From Archangiaceae bacterium (lineage in GTDB: Bacteria > Myxococcota > Myxococcia > Myxococcales > Myxococcaceae), in the NCBI GenBank assembly GCA_043750125.1, contig JAYVCD010000325.1, positions 1-16,993 of the forward strand: a DNA stretch of 16,993 nt, read 5' to 3'. The notes under the pieces were generated by a model, which made no database searches, had not been told where the DNA came from, and was given only the letters and a program-made list of their open reading frames with translations. The position numbers and the translations under genes were made by a program. Below are positions 1 through 8,900 of the stretch, in pieces (the stretch's first letter is position 1; each line of letters starts with the position of its first letter).

Positions 1-1
1 C

Positions 2-3000
2 GCGAGAGGTCAGCGTGCCGGGGTCGGGCCGGACTTCGAGGAAAGCCGTGCCCGAGCCGTCGAGGTTCCGAAAGTAGAGGTCTTCTTCACTGCACAGAGC
101 CGAGCCGAGGTAGGCGGCGAGCCAACCGCACGGCTGAAGCGCGGCCTCGGCGAGAACGGCGAACGGCATCGAGCCCTGGCGACTGGCCGCGAAGTACCAG
201 GCGTTGGGGTCCACCTCGAGCTCACATTCCACCCAGCCGCCGGGCTTCAGTTCCCACGGCGGGTCCTCGCACTTGACGACGCGATCGATGAAGAGAAACG
301 GAGGCCGCGGCAGCCGGGCAATTCGCCGTGTTTGATCGAACGGGCGGTACTTCTCACCAAACGCTTCCGAAGGGCTGCCCTCGGAAAAGGCGACAATCTG
401 CGAGCGGGTGAAGAGCGAACGCCTGGGCTCGAGAGCAGGGGCGGGAGCAGACCACGTCGCTTCGACCTGGGCCCGGGTCAGCCCGCGGATGCGCAGGGAC
501 ATTCCTTCCATCTCGACCACGTAGCGGCCGTCGACGTACATCGCGGCGGTGGCCAGCACGTAGGGCTCGGGGTCGTAGCCCAGCTCTTTGATCTCGACCC
601 GATAGCTGACGGTGCGACTGTCGACCGTGACCTGGCCGCGACAGCGCAGTTGGCTGATGACGCCTTCGATCGGCTCACAGCGCACGTCGGCGTCTGCTTC
701 CGCAATCCACCCCAGCCGCAACAGCAGCACGCGCAAGGTGTGAAGGCAGCACTCGTACATCAGCGTGCCGGGCATCACCGGGTCGTCGATGAAGTGACAG
801 GTGAGGTACCAGGCGTCCGAGGTCACGTCGGCCTCGCCGTGAACGAGCCCCAGGCCAAAGCGACCTCCGGTGGGGTTGAGCTCGATGATCCGATCGACCA
901 ACTGCATTCGGCCCGCGGGCAGTCGAAGCGCGGGGCACAGCTCGCGGTGAGCAAACGCACCGCCGAAGGCCGAGCCCAGGTCTCCTGAACGCAGCGCATC
1001 GAGCTGCCTGGAGTCCAGGGTGCCCGCCGCCAGGGGAAGCAGCGCAGAGTACGGGGTGGTGTCGCTGCGGCGCGGACCCGTCGCGGTGCTCGGCTCGGTG
1101 ACGATTCCCCGGCCCGTCGCCAGTTGCTCGGGGCTGAAAAAGCCGGCGCACCCGTCGTACATCGTAATGAAAGGAGCTCCGGCGATCGTGCCATCGAAGC
1201 GGAAGAAGAACAGCCAGGTGTCGCCCTGCTGGATGAAGCGATCGATCTTGATGTCGTAGCGAATCGTCTCGCCGACGCAGGGCAGATCGCGATGAAAGAC
1301 GATCTTCGCGTCCAGCAGCCGATACACACGCTCGCCGCGGGTCTGAAGATCAATGCCGAGGTACGCAGAGAGAAAGAGGTCGGCCTGACCCGCTTCCACG
1401 CTGATGCATACTGGCGCGCGACCGTTCTCGAGGTACCAGCGGCCCGCCCCTACGTCGTGTTCGGTCACGCAGCGGCCGGGACCCAGCACGCCGCGCGTTC
1501 CTTCCACGCTCATGATCCGATCGCACAACATCAGCGGCTCGGCCGGCAGACGCACGCGCGAGGCAAACGTGTCGACCTCGGCGAACTGCGGGCCGAGCAT
1601 CTTCGCCAGGCTGCCCACCGCGAATTCGAGACAGGCCGAACGATCGAAGGCGATCGGCTCGGAGCGCGTCACGGGCGCGAAGGATCCGAGCAACGAGATC
1701 AACCGCTGCTGTTCGAGCAATGCCTGGGTCTGCAGCTGAAGCGAGCTCTGGGCCAGCTCGAGAAACTTCCGATGGGCGTCCGCGGTCGGCGACGTTCCCG
1801 AGGTCGCATTGGGGCTCTGGTCTGCGCGGGGGAGAGCGGGAGTTGGCTGGGCAGAAGGCGTCGAAGGAGGCGCCGGACGCCGACCGCCGACGGGGACCGA
1901 AATGCTCGCCGGGCGGGCCTGAGGCTCGATCGACAGTCCGCTTTTCAGTCCGTACAGCTCTTCGAGCGAAATCGGCAAACCGGCTTCGGCCAGGCGCGCC
2001 AGAGCCGTGAGCAGCGACCGAAATCCGTCGACGCCGCGCTGACAAGCGCTGACCGCAACGTGAGGTCGTGAGCCCAGAATTCGACTGATCATCCGGGCGC
2101 AAGATCCCTGCGGGCCCGGCTCGAGAAAAAATCGAGCTCCGTCTGCGTAGGCCTGCTCGATCGTCGCGCGGAAATCGAAGCCACCCAACGCGTTGGCGAG
2201 AATCGAAGCGGCGGCGGAGTCTTCGGTCGGAAGGTACGATCGCGCCCAAGCGCCGCTGTAGAAGCGCACCCCGGCCGGAGGGCTCGTCGGCAGTTGATGA
2301 ATCGCCCGGTAGGCGTCGGCGACCGCGGCGACCAGCGGCAGGTGCACGGTCGGAACGCCTTCGAGTGCCAGGGCCTCGCACTTCAACGCCGCGACGGTCC
2401 GCTCTACGTCTTGCGTTGTTCCACCGAGCACGCACTCTTGTGGAGCATTGACGATCAACAGTGCCGCCGTTCCCACCAGGGCAGCTCGAACTTCGTCGGC
2501 GGGCCGATTGACGACGACCGCCTTCCACTGTGCCGACGGGCCACTTCCCCACGCGGTGCGCGCCACGGTGCACGGCCCCGACAGCTCGGTGCGGAACAGC
2601 GGCGAGGTGAGCGTCCGGTGGAACATCAGATCGCGATCTCTCCACGTGCGCGACGCGAACAAGGCCGCCGATTCGCCCAGGCTGTAGCCGACGTAGGCGT
2701 CTGGCTTCAGGCCGAACATTCGGGCCGCATCGCTCACCGCCACTCCGTGCGCGACCTGGCCCAGAATCATTCGTTCCGGCGCCTGGCCCAAAGTGTGCGC
2801 CGCTTCGGCTTCCCACCCCGGGTTCCATTCGGAGCGCCAGGGCCCAACCCACTGGGGCATCAGGTGGCCGTGCAGGTGTTCGACCTCGGCGTCCAGGCGC
2901 CGATAGATCTCAGGCAGCGCGATCGCGAGCGAGCGGCCCATTCCGAGGTAATGGTTTCCGGAACCGGGGAAGACGAACGCGAGCTGCCCGGCCATCGGGG

Positions 3001-5956
3001 GGGTGGGCGCACGGGACCGGTCGAGCTGACGCAGCAACTCGGCGGCATCGCCGGCCACCACGGCGCGCGTCACCGGGCCCTGTTGTTCTCGGCGGAACCA
3101 GCGCGCGGCCAGAGGCTCGAGTGGACCTGAATGACCTTGCGCCAGCGAGCGCAGCATCGCTTCGTCGCCGCGCAGCACGAAGATCGCCGCGTTGCGTTCA
3201 CCGAACGGCCGCGATCCCAGGGGCTGCGCGGGACGATCGACCCCTTCGAGCACGGCGTGCAGACAGGTGCCGTCAAAACCGATCGAGCTGACTCCGGCCC
3301 GACGAAGCCCTTCGGCGCGATTGCGCAGCCACACCTGGGGCTGGGTCGGAATGTGGAAGCCGCTGCGCGCGAGGTCGATTCCTTCGGGCGCTTGCTTGAA
3401 TCCCGGTAACGCCGGGAGCAGCTGTTCGAACAGACAGAGCGCGCTGGCCACCACCGAGGCCAGGCCTCCCGCCGCTCCCGCCTGGCCAATGACGGCGGTC
3501 GTAGACGCAAGCGCGCAGTGCAGGGTTTCGGCAGTTCCGAAGCTGCGACACAAGCCGCGCGCCTCGTCGAGATCTTCTCCGGGGTCTGCGCTGCCATGAG
3601 ACTGGAGCAGCGAAATCTGGCCCGCGCTGACGCCCGCCTCGCGGTGGGCCTGGCCGACGGCCTTCGCATACGCGTGAACGCGGGCTTCGCCTGTTTCCAG
3701 CGCGGTTCCGCCTGCTGCGCCGAACCCGCGCACCACTGCGTAGATTCGATCGCCGGCTTTCAGAGCGTCGTCGAGGCGCTTGAGCACCACCGCCGCGGCG
3801 CCTTCTCCAACGGTCGGGCCGTCGGCTGCACGGTCGAACGGGTTGGCCGTGCCGAGCTTCGAATACGGCCGCAGCGCGTCGGTGGCGAGCACCTGGCGAA
3901 TGTCGCCCGCGAGATCAACCGCGCCCGCGAGCATCACGTCGACTTCTCCCCGCTGCAGCATTCGCGTCGCCACTTCGAGCGCGCGAAGGCCCGAGCCCTC
4001 TTCGCCCGAGACCACGAAGCTTGGACCTCCGAATTGGAACTCCCGGGCCAGACGGCTGGCGACGATTCCTCCCAACGCGCCCAGCGTGCGGGTCGAGTCG
4101 AGGGCCGCAGAGAGCGCGTCGGCGAGGTCCTGGGTCCACTGCTCACGCTGCTCGGCCGTGAGCTTCAGCCCGAGCTCTTGCTCGTACGAGCGGACCCGAT
4201 CGCGCACCAGCCAACGCAAATGAAATGAAGTGGTGTCGAGATCGAGCCCGAGCCCGACCACCGCCCCCGCCCGCAGGTGGGGACCAGGGCCCCAGCCTCC
4301 GCTGTCGTCCAGCGCTTCGGCCGCGACCTTCAACATCAGCAACTGCTGCGGAAGCAACGAGGCGAGCTCGCGCGGAGGAATCCGGAAACGCCCCGCCGGC
4401 ATCGAGATCGACTCGAGCCACGACCCGGCCAGTGCGGGCCCTTCGAGCCCGAGCCAGCGGCCCTGGGGGCGGGGGTCCACCACCGGCTCGCCGCGAAGGA
4501 TTGCGTGTTGAAACGCTGCGAGCGAATCGAGGCGGCCGAAGTGGGTCGCCATGCCCACGATCGCCACTGCGACCGGTGGCCTTCCCTCGACTGCTCTCGG
4601 GTTGAGCGGGGCGGGCGCGTCTTCGAGCAACAGGTGGGCGTTGATCCCGCCGAAGCCGAACCCGGACACTGCGGCGCGTCGCGGTTTTCCCGGCGCGCGT
4701 TCGGGCCACACTTCGGGAGCTTCGAGCACCCGGAACGGGCTGGCGTTGAGAGCCTCGGCCGCGGTCGCTGCGGAAAAATTCGCCGACGGAGGCAGCGTGC
4801 GCGCCTCGAGCGCCGCAATCACCTTGCACAACCCTGCCGCTCCGGCCGCGGTCAGCAGGTGGCCGACGTTGCTCTTCACCGACCCGAGCACACAGCCGCG
4901 CGCCGCCCGGCCTTCCCACAGCGCGGTCAGGGTCTTCAGCTCGACCGCGTCGCCTCGCGGAGTCCCCGTCCCGTGGCACTCGATCAGATCCACGTCGTCG
5001 GGAAGCCACCCCGCTTCGGCGTAGGCCGCACGCGTCGCGCGCAACTGCCCCTCGCTGTCGGGTGAGAGCAGGCTTCCCCCGATGTCGTTCGACAACCCGA
5101 TTCCCCGAATCACCGCACGGATGTGAGCGCCCCCGCGCTGCGCGTCTTCGAGCCGACGCAGCACCACCATTCCCGCACCCTCACCCACCACCAGGCCGTC
5201 GGCGCGCGTGTCGAACGGCGCGCAGCGGCCACTGGGAGACAGCGCCTGCAGCTGGGTGAACCCGACCTGGGTGTAGAGCGCCTGGGGCAGGCAGACTCCG
5301 CCGGCGACCACCGCGTCCAGCCGCCCGGCCTCGAGCTCGGCGCAGGCCAGGTGCAGCGCGTACAACGACGAAGCGCACGCCGCATCGAGGGTGAAGCTGC
5401 CGCCGCCCAGCCCGAGCGCCCGCGCGAGCAGTCCAGCCGGCAGTGCGCTCGGGTAACGCTCGAGCGGGTCGGCCTTCGCGCGCGAGAGGGTCGAATGCCC
5501 AAGCACGTGGGTGTCGAGCGCGACCGCGAAGAGATCCTCAGCCAGCTGCGACGCTCCGTCCGTGGGCAAGGCAATGTTCGCGAGGACGACTCCGATTCGA
5601 GAACGATCGACGTCGTGCAGCTGCGCGCTGGCAAACGCGTCCGAGCCCACCTGCAACGTCAGCCGGGCCAACGGGCTCAGTCGCGCAATCAGGTCCGCGG
5701 GCAAGGCCAGCGGCAGGGTGTCGAGGGTGAAAGGATCCAACGCGCACGCCCGGGACGAGCGGGCATGGTCCAGCGAGCCTTTCGGGTCGACCATCTGTTC
5801 AACCGAAGCAGGCCAACGCCCGGGCGCCACTTCGCGCGCGGCCGAATTGCGGGCGAGCACGTTTTCCCAGAGCTCACGCACGTCGGCGGCTCCGGGGAAA
5901 CGCCCGGCCACGCCGACGATCGCGATTGCCCGGCCCTGGCCCGAACGCATGCTCAT
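2..5956 (-). CDS. pfa3: PUFA synthase subunit, Pfa3/PfaBC-like (KS-CLF-AT-pseudoDH-FabA-type DH-pseudoDH...); 3'-partial, at least 1985 aa, runs off the left edge
   Basis: Manual translation from ATG at 5956 (overlapping the upstream TGA as ATGA): MSMRSGQGRAIAIVGVAGRFPGA. KS motifs DAACASS (Cys 5375-5377), ECHGTGT (His 4973-4975), KSNVGHL and GFGFGGINAH. A second KS-like domain (AIVGMATHFG, about 4565-3245) has SGEEGSG in place of DAACASS, i.e. a CLF. AT: AFVFPGSG ... GYSLG (2675-2689). FabA-like DH: WYLTCHFIDDPVMPGTLMYE (His 794-796). The frame is still coding at the edge (LAEAALQPCGWLAAYLG...LYFRNLDG). No in-frame stop, which explains its absence from the ORF track. Confidence 0.95.
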   Translation of the reverse strand, partial: MSMRSGQGRAIAIVGVAGRFPGAADVRELWENVLARNSAAREVAPGRWPASVEQMVDPKGSLDHARSSRACALDPFTLDTLPLALPADLIARLSPLARLTLQVGSDAFASAQLHDVDRSRIGVVLANIALPTDGASQLAEDLFAVALDTHVLGHSTLSRAKADPLERYPSALPAGLLARALGLGGGSFTLDAACASSLYALHLACAELEAGRLDAVVAGGVCLPQALYTQVGFTQLQALSPSGRCAPFDTRADGLVVGEGAGMVVLRRLEDAQRGGAHIRAVIRGIGLSNDIGGSLLSPDSEGQLRATRAAYAEAGWLPDDVDLIECHGTGTPRGDAVELKTLTALWEGRAARGCVLGSVKSNVGHLLTAAGAAGLCKVIAALEARTLPPSANFSAATAAEALNASPFRVLEAPEVWPERAPGKPRRAAVSGFGFGGINAHLLLEDAPAPLNPRAVEGRPPVAVAIVGMATHFGRLDSLAAFQHAILRGEPVVDPRPQGRWLGLEGPALAGSWLESISMPAGRFRIPPRELASLLPQQLLMLKVAAEALDDSGGWGPGPHLRAGAVVGLGLDLDTTSFHLRWLVRDRVRSYEQELGLKLTAEQREQWTQDLADALSAALDSTRTLGALGGIVASRLAREFQFGGPSFVVSGEEGSGLRALEVATRMLQRGEVDVMLAGAVDLAGDIRQVLATDALRPYSKLGTANPFDRAADGPTVGEGAAAVVLKRLDDALKAGDRIYAVVRGFGAAGGTALETGEARVHAYAKAVGQAHREAGVSAGQISLLQSHGSADPGEDLDEARGLCRSFGTAETLHCALASTTAVIGQAGAAGGLASVVASALCLFEQLLPALPGFKQAPEGIDLARSGFHIPTQPQVWLRNRAEGLRRAGVSSIGFDGTCLHAVLEGVDRPAQPLGSRPFGERNAAIFVLRGDEAMLRSLAQGHSGPLEPLAARWFRREQQGPVTRAVVAGDAAELLRQLDRSRAPTPPMAGQLAFVFPGSGNHYLGMGRSLAIALPEIYRRLDAEVEHLHGHLMPQWVGPWRSEWNPGWEAEAAHTLGQAPERMILGQVAHGVAVSDAARMFGLKPDAYVGYSLGESAALFASRTWRDRDLMFHRTLTSPLFRTELSGPCTVARTAWGSGPSAQWKAVVVNRPADEVRAALVGTAALLIVNAPQECVLGGTTQDVERTVAALKCEALALEGVPTVHLPLVAAVADAYRAIHQLPTSPPAGVRFYSGAWARSYLPTEDSAAASILANALGGFDFRATIEQAYADGARFFLEPGPQGSCARMISRILGSRPHVAVSACQRGVDGFRSLLTALARLAEAGLPISLEELYGLKSGLSIEPQARPASISVPVGGRRPAPPSTPSAQPTPALPRADQSPNATSGTSPTADAHRKFLELAQSSLQLQTQALLEQQRLISLLGSFAPVTRSEPIAFDRSACLEFAVGSLAKMLGPQFAEVDTFASRVRLPAEPLMLCDRIMSVEGTRGVLGPGRCVTEHDVGAGRWYLENGRAPVCISVEAGQADLFLSAYLGIDLQTRGERVYRLLDAKIVFHRDLPCVGETIRYDIKIDRFIQQGDTWLFFFRFDGTIAGAPFITMYDGCAGFFSPEQLATGRGIVTEPSTATGPRRSDTTPYSALLPLAAGTLDSRQLDALRSGDLGSAFGGAFAHRELCPALRLPAGRMQLVDRIIELNPTGGRFGLGLVHGEADVTSDAWYLTCHFIDDPVMPGTLMYECCLHTLRVLLLRLGWIAEADADVRCEPIEGVISQLRCRGQVTVDSRTVSYRVEIKELGYDPEPYVLATAAMYVDGRYVVEMEGMSLRIRGLTRAQVEATWSAPAPALEPRRSLFTRSQIVAFSEGSPSEAFGEKYRPFDQTRRIARLPRPPFLFIDRVVKCEDPPWELKPGGWVECELEVDPNAWYFAASRQGSMPFAVLAEAALQPCGWLAAYLGSALCSEEDLYFRNLDGSGTAFLEVRPDPGTLTSR

Positions 5957-8900
5957 GCCGTCGGGGTGACGGTCTTTGCCCCGGACGCTTCCCGGTGAAA
6001 CGCCTGGTCCAGCATCGGGCTTACAGTGCAAACGCAGCCTTCGAGCTGGGCGACGATTTCCCCCGCGTCGTCGAGAAGATCGACGTCCGAGGTGATCGCC
6101 GCGCCTTCGACTTCGCGCACCCGAACCGTTGCGTGAACCGAGCCCACGGGGAACGCCTTGAGCTGTCGCCAGCTGCCCACCCGCGAGGGCAATGACGGGG
6201 CCCCGCGCTGCTCTCGGCACCAGAGGATCAGCGCCTGAAAGACTCCGTCGACCACCAGGGGGTCGGTCACCCAACGAACGGTCGGCGCGGGCAGCAACCG
6301 GTCAGACATCGGGTAGGTCCGCAACCGCAGCGTCATTCCTTCAGCGCAGATCCCGTCGATGCCCTCGATCGCCTCGAGCTGAGCTCCATGAAACAGCTGC
6401 TCGCTGTAGATGGTCTGCAGGGTGTGAGGGTAGGGCCGCATCGCTGCGGGGGCTCCAATGGCAACCGTGGCAGGAACCGCGCCGCCCACTCGAGCCACCG
6501 CGCGAACGTGCACCTGGTCCCGGGTGTTTCGCAGCTCGAGGGTGAAGCGGGAACCACCGGGCGTCGCCTCGAAGTTCCCGACCCAGATCGCCACGTCTTC
6601 CGGAGCCGTGACGCCCTTGAGCACGCGGACGTCCTCGATGCTTTGAACGATTCGCCCCGCGGCCGCCTTCACCGCCGCCTGGGCAAACCACTCGAGCGTC
6701 ATCGCCAGTGGGAGCACCGATTTCCCGGCCAGTTGGTGATCCGCCAACACCGGGAACGTCGCCGCATCGAGCCGGAAGGAAGCCGCCAGCTCGAAGGCCG
6801 CGCTCGATTCTTCCGCGAAGCCGGCGCCGAGCACCACCTCGGTAGGGCCGCCGGGTGCCGTCTGTACTTCGTCACACAACGCACGCGCGCCGTCGGTGAG
6901 GGAAATCAGCGCGACGCCTTCACGCTCGAACTCCGAACGAAGCGCAGCCGTCACCATTCCTCCGTCCCACGGACCCCAATCGAGAGCGACCACCCGGCAG
7001 CCCGGTCGCTTGACCGCTTCGGCCTGAGCGATTGAGACCAGCGCCTGGTTCGCGACGGCGTAGTCCGATTGTCCCCGTCGACCGAAACGTCCACTGACTG
7101 AGGCCATGAAGGCCACGAACCGAAGGTCGTCCTGGGCGGTGGCGTTGAGCAGCGCGCGCAGGCCTGCAAGCTTGGTGTCCAGCACCTGGTCGAAGTCGTC
7201 GTCGCGCTTGTCCTCGATGCGCTTGTCGCGAAGGACGCCCGCCCCGTGAATCAAGCCGCGCACCGGGCCAAACTCGGCCCGCGCTTCCTCGAGAACCACC
7301 TGCAGCGACGCTTCGTCGCGCACGTCCACCGACCGATAGCGGACTTTCACTCCGCCCGCTTCGAGCTCGGAAAGTCGGGTGCGGATTTCCCGGCCTGCCA
7401 GCACGGCGCGACACGCCTCGCCGAGCATTTTGGGACTGGGGCGATCGCCGGGGGCGGCGTGCTCGAGCAGCGCGCGCTTCAACGCCGCTTCATCGGTCGC
7501 GAGCGTCATCCACTGAGGTTCAGCGGAAGGGACTGCGGAACGGCCGAGCAGCAGCAAAGCCACTCCGCGTTGTTGAGCCAGGGCTCGGGCGCATTCGGCG
7601 GTGACGCCTCGCGCCCCTCCGGTGACGACCACCAGGTCTCCAGAAACGACGCGCTGCTCGAGCACCACCGCGGGAGCCTCGCGCAGCGCCAGCGTGGTGC
7701 GATGCGCCGGACCCAGACCCACTTCGCGCGGACCTTCGCCGCCCAGCTCATTGACGATCGCAGCAGCAGCTTCAGCAATCGTCAGCGCCGACGACACGTC
7801 GAGCGCACGGCAGCTGACCTCGGGCCATTCATCTGCCGCGGTCTTGACCAGGCCTGCCAGCCCGCCCTGCAGCGCATTGCCCCCAGAGGTCGGCGTGGCG
7901 CTATGGCCAAAAGCGCCGTCCCGCCTCGAGATTGCGACGAAGATTGCCTTGCCTCGCGCGGCCGCCTCACGCAGCCGGGGGCCGAATGCGCGCGCGAGCT
8001 TTAGCGCCTGCTTCAGGGACTCTTCACTCGCGGCGGTCCACCCGTTCGTGTCCGGAGCCATCACCACCAACCCCCCGATCGGCCCGATCGCTTCGGCGGC
8101 CCCTTGAATCACGCGCGCCTTCAGCCCGTGGCCCGCCCACTGCTTCACCAGCGCGTGCGAAAGCCCGGCGCCATCGAGGCAGACCAGAATCTCGCCTTCC
8201 GGAAATCGCATCGGAGCCACTGGGGCCGCCGCGAGGCGAACCGGCACGACCACCCGGCGGTGCAGCCGAGCGGCCGGAACGCGCTTTTTTGCTTCCGCGG
8301 GAACGCCAGCCGGCACCCCCGCGCTCACCGGGTGCGACGCACTGATGAAGTCCAGCACCTGCTGCAGGGTCTTCAGGGTCCCCAGCTTTTCGGGATTCAC
8401 CGAAGGCGCGCCGGGGATCTTCTTCGACAGCATCGAGAGGATCTCGACCCGCTTGATCGAGTCGATGCCCAGGTCGGCTTCGAGATCCATTTCCACAGAC
8501 AGCGTCTCGAGCGGATAGCCGGTGAGCTCGCAGACGACGTTCAGCAGCGTGGCCTTCGCGTCCACCCCGACGGGAAGCGCCGCAACCGAAGGCGGCGGGG
8601 CCGACGGGCCGCCGGTATTCACGAAGTCGGCGACCTGCTGCAGCGTCTTCAGCGACCCCAGCTTCTCGGGGTTTACCGAGGGCGCTCCGGGAATTCTCTT
8701 CGAGAGCATCGAGAGGATTTCGACCCGCTTGATCGAATCGATTCCAAGGTCGGCTTCCATGTCCATCTTCAGCTCGAGGGTCTCTTGCGGGTAGCCGGTC
8801 GCTTCGGCCACGACCGCGAGCAAGGTCGCCAGGACATCGACGGTCGGCTCGGGGGCGAGGCGAGCGGGGGCAGAGGGAACAGGCGACTGCTCCGGAGCCA

